Assembly: GCA_017647795.1 (NCBI GenBank) | Contig: JAGCJX010000031.1 | Coordinates: 1,428-65,427 of the forward strand | Source: Bacteroidales bacterium | GTDB lineage: Bacteria > Bacteroidota > Bacteroidia > Bacteroidales > UBA932 | Reading direction: 5' to 3' | DNA length: 64,000 nucleotides | In this document: in pieces, positions 9,351-18,603 of the stretch | How positions within the stretch are numbered: position 1 is the stretch's first letter | Layout: every line of letters begins with the position of its first letter | The notes under the pieces: generated by a model | Databases searched by the model: none | Told to the model about the DNA's origin: nothing | Seen by the model: only the letters and a program-made list of their open reading frames with translations | Position numbers and translations under genes: made by a program

Positions 9351-9435
9351 ACCGTTTCCCTGCGCTGTCATTATACATATCAGGTTCATAGGGTATAATC
9401 TCAGCCGAGCCAATTGTGCTCAGCACCCCTAACAG
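9351..9435 (-). promoter_or_regulatory. TPP (THI-box) riboswitch A
   Basis: The minus strand reads GGGGTGCTGAGC...GCTGAGATTATACCCTATGAACCTGATATGTATAATGACAGCGCAGGGAAACGG, which carries the conserved CUGAGA and ACCUGAU..AUAAUG..AGCG..GGGAA blocks. It lies upstream of thiE. Confidence 0.85.
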
Positions 9436-9440
9436 CCATG

Positions 9441-9448
9441 CAAATGTA
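9441..9448 (-). promoter_or_regulatory. Bacteroidetes -7 promoter box (TACATTTG) for riboswitch A
   Basis: Matches TAnnTTTG on the minus strand a few nt upstream of the aptamer. The same arrangement is seen at the other two riboswitches. Confidence 0.5.
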
Positions 9449-9965
9449 AGAATTTATTTGCGGGATCGCCAACGTTGCCGTACAAAATTTTATGGATATC
9501 CGGTTTGTCCCGTTAGGGCGTAAACGGCAAATATCCGCTGACGTTGTGCATACCCATGACGGCATGGGCAGCCCCAAGCACCTGAAAATGCGATAGCGCA
9601 AAAAATGGTTAAAATTCTTTTCATTTCTTCACTGCACTAATTTTACGGCGGCAAAGGTACGGCTAAGCGGAGAGGAATACTTTTCAGAAAAGCTGATGAA
9701 TTGGTCCATTTGACGGCCTATTTGAGGAATTCGGAGCCGATTTGCACCGGCCTCGCCCCTTGAGATCGGATCGGTCGCTCCCTTTGGATTGATTTTCCAG
9801 AGCAATCTTACGCATCCCAGTCATGATGATCGCCAGCAGCCTTATCTGTTGCAGATAGGATTGAAAATCATTATCTTTGGATGTCTGAAAGTCAGCTTGT
9901 CCTATGAGCTTAAAAGTCAGAGTATCCGATAACAATACTTTAATAACCCTTTAATCCCGTTGATT

Positions 9966-10343
9966 ATGATAGACTTTAACAATGCGAGTGTCTTTAAGTT
10001 GAAAAAAACAGAGGTATCCAAGTTTGATTCTGAAATGCGTGACATCCTCCTTGAGGACGAGACGATCGTCGGATGTTATCAGGATATCCGGGATCATGTG
10101 GTCTTCACGAACAAGCGAATCATCGCCGTCAATGTGCAGGGAATTACTGGCAAGAAGAAGGATTTTACGACCCTTCCCTACTCCAAGATTACTGCCTATT
10201 CTATTGAGACGGCCGGCACCTTCGATTTGGACAGTGAGTTGGACCTGTTCCTTAGCGGCATGGGTAAAGTGAGGTTTGAATTCAGGGGATCTTCGGACAT
10301 TCTGGAAATCGGACGCATCATTGCCAAGTATGCCCTGCGATGA
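9966..10343 (+). CDS. bacterial PH-domain protein (YokE-like)
   Basis: About 125 aa with the pattern VFTNKRIIAV...ITGKKKDFTTLPYSKI. Its stop overlaps the crcB start. Confidence 0.55.
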   Translation: MIDFNNASVFKLKKTEVSKFDSEMRDILLEDETIVGCYQDIRDHVVFTNKRIIAVNVQGITGKKKDFTTLPYSKITAYSIETAGTFDLDSELDLFLSGMGKVRFEFRGSSDILEIGRIIAKYALR

Positions 10344-10723
10344 TTACAGAGCTCTTAAAAAATACAATGTGGATCGGTGCCGGCAGCTTTATCGGAGGTG
10401 CGGCCAGGTACCTGGTTTCCATGGCCATGAAGACGGTCGGCAAAGGGTCTCCATGGGGAACGGTTTTGGTGAATCTTACCGGCTGCCTGGTTATCGGCCT
10501 GCTCTGGGGCTTCTTCAGCAAGAGTGGGAACGAGGATGGATCGTGGGCACTCTTCTTAACCGTCGGCATTTGTGGGGGATTCACTACTTTTTCGACGTTC
10601 TCCAAAGAAGCCTTGGTGATGCTCCAGGCCGGTAACATCACGAGCCTTCTTGCTTATGTCGCCATTAGTGTTGTCATCGGTATTGCCCTGGTGGCTGCCG
10701 GGTATTATCTTGTCCGTCTATGA
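10340..10723 (+). CDS. crcB: fluoride channel CrcB/FluC
   Basis: 127 aa with four TM helices and the motifs GTVLVNLTGC and GICGGFTTFSTF. Confidence 0.9.
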   Translation: MITELLKNTMWIGAGSFIGGAARYLVSMAMKTVGKGSPWGTVLVNLTGCLVIGLLWGFFSKSGNEDGSWALFLTVGICGGFTTFSTFSKEALVMLQAGNITSLLAYVAISVVIGIALVAAGYYLVRL

Positions 10724-11244
10724 TAGAAACCAAACGACTCCTATTCCGGCCGTGGCAGGCATCCGATGCAAGGGAACTGTTCCAACTTGCCTCCGATCCC
10801 GATGTGGGGCCCAGGGCCGGATGGCCACCGCACCAGTCGGTTGAAGAAAGCCTGGAAATTATCAGAACGGTCTTCAACAGTGACCATGTTTGGGCTTTGG
10901 TCTTGAAAGAAAGCAACCGGTTGATCGGCTGCATGGGATATTATGACTTTACCGAGAGCAACATTGGCATTGAAGAAGGTGATGCGGAAGTCGGATATTG
11001 GATTGGAAAGCCGTTCTGGAATCAGGGATACTGTACCGAAGCATTGCGAGCCATGATTGACTATTGTTTCAACACAAAGGGATTCATCACCTTGTGGGCA
11101 GACCATTTCGTTGACAACCCGGCTTCTGGAAACGTGATGGAAAAATGTGGATTTCGGGATACCGGAGAAACGAATTGGCTCAGCAATCTTTATCGAGGCG
11201 ACGAACGGCCTGTGAAAATCATGCGGCTGGATTATGCGTTGTAA
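10720..11244 (+). CDS. GNAT-family N-acetyltransferase (RimJ/RimL-like)
   Basis: N-terminal ETKRLLFRPW plus the WNQGYCTEALRAMIDY acetyl-CoA-binding region. It overlaps the crcB stop. Confidence 0.85.
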   Translation: MIETKRLLFRPWQASDARELFQLASDPDVGPRAGWPPHQSVEESLEIIRTVFNSDHVWALVLKESNRLIGCMGYYDFTESNIGIEEGDAEVGYWIGKPFWNQGYCTEALRAMIDYCFNTKGFITLWADHFVDNPASGNVMEKCGFRDTGETNWLSNLYRGDERPVKIMRLDYAL

Positions 11245-11660
11245 TCAGTAATCAGTAAAGAGAACCGTTGCAAGTTCTTTTATCAGGGTGATGTGCGATC
11301 AAGAGTCATCTACCTATCGGCCCAGATAAATTGAAGATGCTATGGGGTTTGTTGATGAGTTAAAAACGAAAAGGAGGCTGTTCAGGAACCAGAGTCCCCA
11401 AACAGCCCCGAAAAATAACTTGACACAGTTTAGTTTCCGATTGCTTTAATTATAACTAACCTCTGTCCAATCTTCTCCCGTGATTACATTCGGTTTGATA
11501 CCAGCATTCACAGCATTGAGAACTTCCTCTATATCCAATGTAATATTCAATTTTGTCGTATCTACGTTGAGCATAGAATATATCTTTACGCTTCCTTTAT
11601 GGAGATTGGTCGCCGTAACATTCAGACCAACCTTGCTTGAGGTTCAAGCAATAGAGAGAT

Positions 11661-12092
11661 ATGACTATGAAGGATTTAACCGTTACAAAACCATTCAGCG
11701 AAGAAGATTACAATGAATTACTGCAACAGGCTGTAGCAGTTTTACCGTGGAGTCATAATCTGCTCCTTATGAGTTACGATTTGTCTCCAGAGTATATCGT
11801 ATTCTACGCCAACGAAGTATATGCAAAAGGATGGTCACGAGACATGTTAAATCACGCATTGAAGTCTGAATACCACCTGTCAATACAAGCAGTAGAGAAG
11901 TCCAACAACTTTGGATCCACATTGCCTGCTAATATCCTTTGTGCCGAAAAAGACCATTTGGAGGTTGAATTGGCTCTGCAAGATGTAAACAAGCCTATTG
12001 GCGTTGCCGAATATCAATACTTGCTTCCGAAGAATAAGTTGCAAGAATTGGTTGCCAATGAAATGAAAAGGTCAAGCAATGATGAAGACTAA
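11661..12092 (+). pseudogene. internally deleted DUF1016/YhcG-like (PDDEXK nuclease) remnant
   Basis: N-terminal-type segment (LPWSHNLLLMS...YANEVYAKGWSRDMLNHALKSEY) joined directly to a C-terminal-type segment (KPIGVAEYQYLLP). At 143 aa it is far shorter than I recall for intact members. Confidence 0.55.
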
Positions 12093-12343
12093 TAGAATGA
12101 GGCTCTCCGAATCGGTTTGACCGTTGGGTCAGTTTCCGCCAGGTCTTTGAAGTCGCTGTAGTCGAGCTGGACCAGCCTGTTCAGAAGAAGCTCTTCGATA
12201 TTCAATGAACGCCAGGCTGCAAGCGCCTCTTGTGCTTTTGAAAAATAGAATTCCGTCGAGTTGGCTACACTCGGGTCATAGTATTGTTCCAACAATTCTT
12301 TTCGATCGCTCATTCTTGGGTCACTGTTTTTAAGTAAAGACAA
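12089..12343 (-). CDS. hypothetical protein
   Basis: 84-aa ORF immediately downstream of the ADH-fusion gene on the same strand. No family recognised. Confidence 0.4.
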   Translation of the reverse strand: MSLLKNSDPRMSDRKELLEQYYDPSVANSTEFYFSKAQEALAAWRSLNIEELLLNRLVQLDYSDFKDLAETDPTVKPIRRASFY

Positions 12344-12369
12344 ATATAACCATTTCCAACAAATACCGG

Positions 12370-13872
12370 TTATGCCCAGGCATCATACCGACCGTCGTCG
12401 TCGGTTTCGCGGCGCAACAGCCCGGTCAAGTCCTCAATGGCATCAAACACAGCCTCAATCTCCTCCTCGATCTCAAACGAATAGGTGTCGTACCGGTGGT
12501 CTTCTAGGGCTAGGATCACAGCACCCCGGATTTCAGGACCGTAGCCGTACAATTGGGTAGCGACGGGATTGTCCTTCAACCCTTTCATTTGTGCGTTTCC
12601 GTCCACATACATGACAAGGTCCTTTTCCAACTGACATGTCCGGGTAATTTGGGCCAGCGCTTCCGACCGATGCACCGTATCCAGGCTTTCAGCATTGATC
12701 AAGGCTCCCATTTCCCGGAATGACATGGGGTTGACGTCTGCTTCCACAAATTCTGTGTAGCCCGAAGGATGGATGACCAGGACGGTAGGCACGATTTCCG
12801 TCTTGACCAGCTCGCGGGGAATTTCATAACCGGACGTCACGGCCACTTTGATGACACCGTCCAGCTTGTTTTCGAAGATGCGGTAAGCTTCCTCGATTTC
12901 GCTGAGCGGGAAACGATGGGTGATGAGTGGGGTCGTATCAATCTTCCCCTGCTCGATCAGCCGGAGCACCTCTTCGCAATCACAACCGTCCACACCACCG
13001 GTCTTGAACGTAAGGTTCTTTCCGTACATTTCCTGCAAAGGAAGCGTTTGCGGCCGATCGTACAGGGCCACCACCGTGACGATGGCATTCGGACGGGCAC
13101 ATTCCCACGCGAGGCGGAAAGTCTCTTCTCCACCAGCCACTTCCAGAACCCGGTCGGCTCCACCGTGGTCGCTGTATTCCAGCACGAACGCCTGGCAATC
13201 TTCCGGAGTCGTCAGCAACACGTCCGGGTAATGTGTCTGAACAAAATACCGTCGTTCTTCCGACTTTTCACACACGATGATGCGCTTCGGCTTGCGGAGC
13301 ATCACACACAACAAGGTGCAGATGCCCGTCGGTCCGGCTCCAATGATGAGCACGGTGTCCTCTTCTGTAATTTCACTGATGCGTGCTGCCCAGAATCCGG
13401 TCGCCAGGACATCTCCCACGAACAATGCCTGTTCGTCGCTCACACCGTCGGGAATCCGGTTCAGCCCTTGGTCGGCCAACGGTACACGTACATATTCGGC
13501 CTGTCCCCCATCGATGCGGCAGCCCAAGGCCCAACCGCCATTCGGATCGGTGCAGTTGTTCACGTAACCGTTCTTGCAGAAAAAACAGGTACCGCAAAAG
13601 GTCTCCACATTCACCGTTACCCGATCTCCTGGCCGGACCTTCGTTACCTCAGATCCCACCGCTTCAACGATGCCGACCATTTCATGTCCCACCGTGATGC
13701 CCGGAACGGCACGAGGCACACTGCCGTGTTTGATGTGCAAGTCGCTGGTGCAGATGCTGCTCATGGTTACACGGACCAAGGCATCCGTCGGAGCGGTCAA
13801 TACCGGTTTCGGCTTCTCCAACAACGCAAATTTTCCTTTATCGATGTAGGTATAAGCTAACATATCGTTCAA
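12370..13872 (-). CDS. Zn-dependent alcohol dehydrogenase fused to a C-terminal DUF3846-like domain
   Basis: The N-terminal roughly 345 aa carry MDR/ADH motifs (GHEMVGIVEAVG, Cys cluster CGTCFFCKNG, GAGPTG). The C-terminal roughly 150 aa (TVLVIHPSG..., LVMYVDGNAQMKGLKDNP, IRGAVILA, ends DDDGRYDAWA) resemble DUF3846. Confidence 0.75.
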   Translation of the reverse strand: MNDMLAYTYIDKGKFALLEKPKPVLTAPTDALVRVTMSSICTSDLHIKHGSVPRAVPGITVGHEMVGIVEAVGSEVTKVRPGDRVTVNVETFCGTCFFCKNGYVNNCTDPNGGWALGCRIDGGQAEYVRVPLADQGLNRIPDGVSDEQALFVGDVLATGFWAARISEITEEDTVLIIGAGPTGICTLLCVMLRKPKRIIVCEKSEERRYFVQTHYPDVLLTTPEDCQAFVLEYSDHGGADRVLEVAGGEETFRLAWECARPNAIVTVVALYDRPQTLPLQEMYGKNLTFKTGGVDGCDCEEVLRLIEQGKIDTTPLITHRFPLSEIEEAYRIFENKLDGVIKVAVTSGYEIPRELVKTEIVPTVLVIHPSGYTEFVEADVNPMSFREMGALINAESLDTVHRSEALAQITRTCQLEKDLVMYVDGNAQMKGLKDNPVATQLYGYGPEIRGAVILALEDHRYDTYSFEIEEEIEAVFDAIEDLTGLLRRETDDDGRYDAWA

Positions 13873-14054
13873 TTTTTAGTTCCAGAATGGGTCTATCCTC
13901 ATCCTATTTGTGCTTTTTCCATCCACCCGATTGATCTCGGCATTGGCTTGAGTCTGAATCTTGGTCTGGGTGTTGCCAGGGTGTTGACCAGGGCCAGAAT
14001 CCCGGTATCGGACTTGCCTAGGGTGCTTTCTTTTGCAGGGCTTTGTCCGGTGAT

Positions 14055-14465
14055 TTACTTTTGGGTGGAGTCCCGGCGTGATTTTACCACACAAACGACA
14101 AAGGCCACTATTGCCCCCAACAGGATGACAGGTTCCGCCAGCATAAAAATGGGCATGGTACCCGATGTCAGCGTGACCAGGGTCGACGAAAGCAGGATCA
14201 GGCACACTCCTGAGGCCAGGAAGGTTAGACCGGTCCTGAGTCGGGGCTTTATCCGAGCGATGATCCAGGCGAACACACATACTGCCACCCCGATCAGCGG
14301 ATATAGCAGCAGCATACTGCGCGACATGGTGCCACTCGCATGGCCTTGAAGATCAAAATGTGCCGGAAGAATCTCCGGCAACGAAGCCCAGCTCAAAACA
14401 ATGGCCAAAACATTTACCACCACAACCAGCACTGGAATCCACCACAATCGTTTACTCATATTCAT
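14055..14465 (-). CDS. DUF1648-like membrane protein
   Basis: 136 aa with four hydrophobic helices and the N-terminal motif LPEILPAHFDLQGHASG. Confidence 0.6.
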   Translation of the reverse strand: MNMSKRLWWIPVLVVVVNVLAIVLSWASLPEILPAHFDLQGHASGTMSRSMLLLYPLIGVAVCVFAWIIARIKPRLRTGLTFLASGVCLILLSSTLVTLTSGTMPIFMLAEPVILLGAIVAFVVCVVKSRRDSTQK

Positions 14466-14715
14466 AAATTAGAGGGTTTTGCTACAAAGATACTCATTTT
14501 TCGGCATCGGTGACGGGAGATATATGGGCTTTGTAGACTATGCTCTGGCCATAGAGACTGCGCTCCGGCATTCTGAGGCGAGAACCCTATTTTTGAAATC
14601 TAAATTTTGACAAGTGCATGTCAAATTTATTGAAAATTGATTGATGTTTATGATATGTGGATATTATTCCCTAAATTTGATTGATAAAGTAAGAAGATTT
14701 TCAAATTACATATTT

Positions 14716-14976
14716 ATGGCAAAGGTAAACACTGCCGACGTCGGATTTGAAAAGCAAATCTGGAACGCGGCCGATGTATTGCGAGGTAGCATGGACGCTG
14801 CTGAGTACAAGCATGTTGTACTCGGTCTCATCTTCCTAAAGTATATCTCTGACAGATTTGAGACAAAATATCAGGAGCTTGTGAACGAAGGCTATGGTTT
14901 GGTAAGAACACTTGTTGAAGTGCTCAAGCCATATCATGGCCGTGTATACGACCCTGCCTGCGTGCCGTCGGCCTGA
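14716..14976 (+). pseudogene. type I restriction-modification HsdM remnant
   Basis: An HsdM N-terminus ([39 protein letters not shown]) is joined to the motif-I region (VYDPAC...) and then truncated. About 86 aa remain. Confidence 0.7.
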
Positions 14977-15075
14977 AACCCTTGGACCTTCTCCTCTTTG
15001 GATCCCTCTAAATTCGTTCGATTCCCCTTTACATTGAATTAAAATTTCGTTACCTTTGGCACCCGAATTTTGGCC

Positions 15076-15624
15076 ATGGTTAGTTTGAATAAAATATTCT
15101 GGATATTTGCCAAGATTGGTGCCTTCACCATTGGTGGTGGCATCCCCATGATTGCCGCCATCAAGAAGGAACTGGTAGAGCGGAAGTGGCTCACGGATGA
15201 AGATTTTGTAGACATCATCACCCTCGCCCAGACAGCTCCCGGACTCTTTGCCGTCAACATTGCGATCCTGACAGGACACCGACTTCGCGGCACCAAGGGC
15301 AGCGTGGTTGCTACCGTAGCCAGCTGTCTGCCTCCTTTCCTGATCATCCTGCTGGTAGCCATGTTCTTTACCACATTCAAAGACAATGAATACGTCATCC
15401 GTGCCTTCAAGGGAATCCGCCCGGTGGTGGTAGCCCTCATTGCTGTCCCCATGATGGACATGATCAAAGCCACCCGGATGCGGTGGTGGTCGTGGCTCAT
15501 TGTGCTATCCGCCATGTTGCTGGTCTGCTTCCTGAGTGTATCTCCAATCTACATCCTGATCTGTGTCATTGTCGTGGCTGCTTTCATCAGCTGGTACAAC
15601 AACAAAAAGGAGGTCCGCAAATGA
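15076..15624 (+). CDS. chrA: chromate transporter family protein (half-size, N-type)
   Basis: Motifs FAKIGAFTIGGG and AQTAPGLFAVN. The ATG at 15076 lies inside the listed ORF, and the stop overlaps the next start. Confidence 0.85.
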   Translation: MVSLNKIFWIFAKIGAFTIGGGIPMIAAIKKELVERKWLTDEDFVDIITLAQTAPGLFAVNIAILTGHRLRGTKGSVVATVASCLPPFLIILLVAMFFTTFKDNEYVIRAFKGIRPVVVALIAVPMMDMIKATRMRWWSWLIVLSAMLLVCFLSVSPIYILICVIVVAAFISWYNNKKEVRK

Positions 15625-16169
15625 TTTACGCAGAACTTTTCATGACCTTCTTCCTGATCGGCATGTTCACGATCGGTGGGGGCTACGCCATGCTCTCGCT
15701 GATCCAGAATGAAGTGGTAACCGTCCATGGTTGGATTACCGATGCCACCTTCACTGACATCGTTGCCATCTCCCAGATGACACCCGGACCCATCGGCATC
15801 AACTCCGCCACCTATGTAGGTTACGAAGTCCTCTCCCAGCAGGGAGCCTCCGAGTTCATGAGTATCCTCGGTTCCCTGACCGCGACCTTTGCGGTGGTAC
15901 TCCCCTCATTCATCATCGTATTGCTGCTTTGTAAAGTGTACGAAAAGTGGAAGGAACATTACCTGTTTCAAGGGATCCTGACGGGGCTGAAACCCGCCAC
16001 CCTGGGTCTCATCGGGACAGCTGCCCTCAGCCTGGCTACCCCCGAAAATTTCATTGACTGGAAAAGTTTTGCCATTTGCCTGATCGCCTTTCTAGCCTTG
16101 TATTTCAAGAAAGTCGGACCATTTGCTATCATTGGCCTCGGCGCCTTGGTCGGATTGTTGATTTATTAA
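15621..16169 (+). CDS. chrA: chromate transporter family protein (half-size, C-type)
   Basis: Motifs FLIGMFTIGGGYAM and SQMTPGPIGIN. The ATG at 15621 overlaps the upstream TGA. Confidence 0.85.
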   Translation: MIYAELFMTFFLIGMFTIGGGYAMLSLIQNEVVTVHGWITDATFTDIVAISQMTPGPIGINSATYVGYEVLSQQGASEFMSILGSLTATFAVVLPSFIIVLLLCKVYEKWKEHYLFQGILTGLKPATLGLIGTAALSLATPENFIDWKSFAICLIAFLALYFKKVGPFAIIGLGALVGLLIY

Positions 16170-16253
16170 CAAATACATTATTGATTTATTAACAAATAAT
16201 ACTATATTTGGCACCGAATTCAAGCATAGGGCTTGTAACGATGAACGATTGAC

Positions 16254-16634
16254 ATGAGTAGGCTGTTGCGATACCTGATTCCTTTCTTTGTGGTACTGGC
16301 TTTTGGCCTGGCCGCAGACAAGTCCGATTCAGCGAATCCGGAACCTGTTTCTCACCTCTCCCTCGTCGAGGATGGTGCCACATGGACCCTACTGAACACC
16401 CCCGAATCGGTACCGGCCGTGCCCCGTCAGATTTCAAACAGCAGATCGCTTTTGCGCTCCAATGCGCGAAGAACCGTCCCCTCGCAAACCCGTTCTCATG
16501 TCGAGATGACCCGGTCCGGAAAGTCGGTTCACGCCGAAGTTCCCAGTCTGTATCGGAGTCGTTCATCGATGTCAGATGTCTTTTATCGGGAACACATCCA
16601 CGAACTTGAGTTTATCTGCAAATTCAACATTTAG
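16254..16634 (+). CDS. hypothetical secreted Ser/Arg-rich protein
   Basis: Signal-peptide-like N-terminus and a TATATTTG box at 16203..16210, but low-complexity composition and no family. Confidence 0.35.
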   Translation: MSRLLRYLIPFFVVLAFGLAADKSDSANPEPVSHLSLVEDGATWTLLNTPESVPAVPRQISNSRSLLRSNARRTVPSQTRSHVEMTRSGKSVHAEVPSLYRSRSSMSDVFYREHIHELEFICKFNI

Positions 16635-16766
16635 AGGTAGTAAAACATATTTGTTTTATACTATTATCACTTTGTTTCCATTCCATTATGGAAAGTTCTT
16701 CAGTGTTTGTACACAGACAAACCACATTTTAATATGATTATTTAATACCTCTATTTACAACATTCT

Positions 16767-18524
16767 ATGTTACTTCAAATTTTAACCCTGGTAGGAGCTT
16801 TGGGCATGTTCTTGTATGGGATGAACATGATGAGTTCCGGATTGCAGAAGGCTGCCGGTGACCGGTTGCGCAATTTCCTCTCTGCAATGACCTCAAATCC
16901 GTTCAAAGGCGTACTGACAGGCCTTGGTATCACTTCTGTAATCCAGTCTTCCAGTGCTACCACGGTGATGGTGGTCAGCTTTGTCAATGCCGGCTTGCTG
17001 ACATTGGCACAAGCCATCAGCGTCATCATGGGGGCCAACATCGGCACGACCGTAACGGCCTGGCTCGTCTCTTGGCTGGGATTCAAGGCTGACATCTCCA
17101 TCCTGGCTGTACCGTTGATGGCTTTGGGATTTGTTTTTTCTCTTTCCAAGAAAGACAAAAGAAGAAACATCTCGGAACTGATTGTCGGTTTCTCCCTCCT
17201 CTTCTTGGGTCTTTCCCTGATGAAGAATTCCGTTCCTGACCTGCAACAGACCCCCGAAGTACTTTCGTTCATTCAAGGTTGGCAAGGACTCGGATTCGGT
17301 TCCGTGCTGATTTTCCTGGTGTTGGGTACTGTTCTGACCCTTGTCCTCCAATCTTCCAGTGCCACCATGGCGCTGACGCTCATTATGTTGAACATGGGAT
17401 GGATCCGGTTTGATATGGCTTGTGCCATGGTCTTGGGTGAAAACATCGGAACCACAATTACTGCCAACATTGCGGCGGCAGTGGGCAATACCCCGGCCAA
17501 ACGGGCAGCCCTTGCACACACCATCTTCAACGTCTTTGGCGTAATTTGGGCCCTGATCGCCTTCCCGGTATTCCTCCGCCTCATCGGCTGGATTACTGCC
17601 GGTGTTTTCGGCGTTCCCAATCCGGCGGCTGCAGATTTCACGGTAGAAGTGCTTCACGATGCCAACGGACTTCCCATACAGACAGACTCGCAGACAGCGG
17701 CTTTGTACGGATTGTCCATGCTTCATACCTTATTCAATACCATCAATACCTGCATCTTGATCTGGTTTATTCCAGCAATTCAAAGACTGGTGTGTGCCAT
17801 CATCAAGGAATCCGCAAAAAAGAGCGAAGAGGTATTCCGTCTCAAATACATCGAAGCCGGTCCGCTTGCCACTCCGGAGCTTGCAACCGAACAAGCATTC
17901 AAGGAAATCATTCATTTTGCTGAGATTTCACGCAATGGAATGCTGTATGCCCAAGAAGCCATCCTGACGTCGGAGACTGACAAATTTGAAGAACTCAGGA
18001 CCAAACTGGTCAAGTACGAGGAAATCTCAGACCGTATAGAAGGCGAAATCGCTTCGTTCCTGAATGCCGTGTCCGCCTCAGACATCAGCGAGGAGACATC
18101 CCGGAGGATCAAGGCTATGTACAAAATCATCGGCGAACTCGAGTCATTGGGTGACTCTGGAGAATCGATCAGCCGCATCCTTTCCCGCAGAAACATCCAT
18201 AAAAAAATCTTCGATGAAGCTACACTCAAAAACCTAGAAAAGATGAGTGGAGAAATCCTGTCGGCATACGACGCCATGATCTCCAACCTTTCTGCTGCTT
18301 ACAATGGTACCCTGACAGAGGTGTCGAATGCGTACAATGCCGAAGGCCGCATCAACAACCTCCGTAATTACTTGCGCGATGCTGAGATCGAAAGTTTCGA
18401 GAGCGAATCGAAAAATTATCAGACCAGTGTATATTACCTAGATATCATTGGAGAACTCGAAAAAATGGGCGATTTTATGATCAATATTTCGCAGGATCTT
18501 GAAAAAGCATTCATAAAACATTAA
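16767..18524 (+). CDS. Na/Pi cotransporter family protein with C-terminal PhoU-like repeats
   Basis: 585 aa with duplicated motifs (QSSSATTVM / QSSSATMAL, GANIGTT / GENIGTT) and a helical PhoU-like tail. Confidence 0.9.
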   Translation: MLLQILTLVGALGMFLYGMNMMSSGLQKAAGDRLRNFLSAMTSNPFKGVLTGLGITSVIQSSSATTVMVVSFVNAGLLTLAQAISVIMGANIGTTVTAWLVSWLGFKADISILAVPLMALGFVFSLSKKDKRRNISELIVGFSLLFLGLSLMKNSVPDLQQTPEVLSFIQGWQGLGFGSVLIFLVLGTVLTLVLQSSSATMALTLIMLNMGWIRFDMACAMVLGENIGTTITANIAAAVGNTPAKRAALAHTIFNVFGVIWALIAFPVFLRLIGWITAGVFGVPNPAAADFTVEVLHDANGLPIQTDSQTAALYGLSMLHTLFNTINTCILIWFIPAIQRLVCAIIKESAKKSEEVFRLKYIEAGPLATPELATEQAFKEIIHFAEISRNGMLYAQEAILTSETDKFEELRTKLVKYEEISDRIEGEIASFLNAVSASDISEETSRRIKAMYKIIGELESLGDSGESISRILSRRNIHKKIFDEATLKNLEKMSGEILSAYDAMISNLSAAYNGTLTEVSNAYNAEGRINNLRNYLRDAEIESFESESKNYQTSVYYLDIIGELEKMGDFMINISQDLEKAFIKH

Positions 18525-18603
18525 TAAGTTTAATTGTTTTAGAAAAAATATGTACGTAAATTCGTACGTTCAAATTTTAATTAACCAACTAACTATTTAA
18601 GTT

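Noticed and set aside
9600-9965. Fluoride (crcB-motif) riboswitch upstream of the PH-crcB operon
   Set aside because: A GCTGATGAATTGG stretch near 9690 looked reminiscent of the motif. The required GGnGAUGG...CCGCC pseudoknot partners could not be found by eye, so it is not called.
11445-11573. Minus-strand ORF of about 42 aa (MLNVDTTKLNITLDIEEVLNAVNAGIKPNVITGEDWTEVSYN)
   Set aside because: It is short, with no recognisable family and no clear promoter. It lies in a region full of remnants and could be a fragment of a lost gene, so there is insufficient support to call it.
12769-13860. 363-aa plus-strand ORF, with several nested ORFs, across the ADH gene
   Set aside because: It is entirely antisense to a strongly recognisable Zn-ADH gene. 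Its composition is Arg/His/Gly-rich and low in complexity, as expected for shadow frames in GC-rich coding DNA. No motif was recognised.
16189-16566. 125-aa minus-strand ORF overlapping the hypothetical gene at 16254..16634
   Set aside because: It is antisense to an ORF that at least has a promoter box and a signal-peptide-like start. Its composition is Arg/Gly/Cys-rich, and neither frame has family support.
16893-17726. 277-aa minus-strand ORF inside the Na/Pi cotransporter gene. Similar shadows lie at 18646..19599, 32097..32867, 39511..40287, 46020..46823 and 47279..47917.
   Set aside because: All lie antisense to genes with clear family motifs and show the biased composition typical of non-coding reverse frames.
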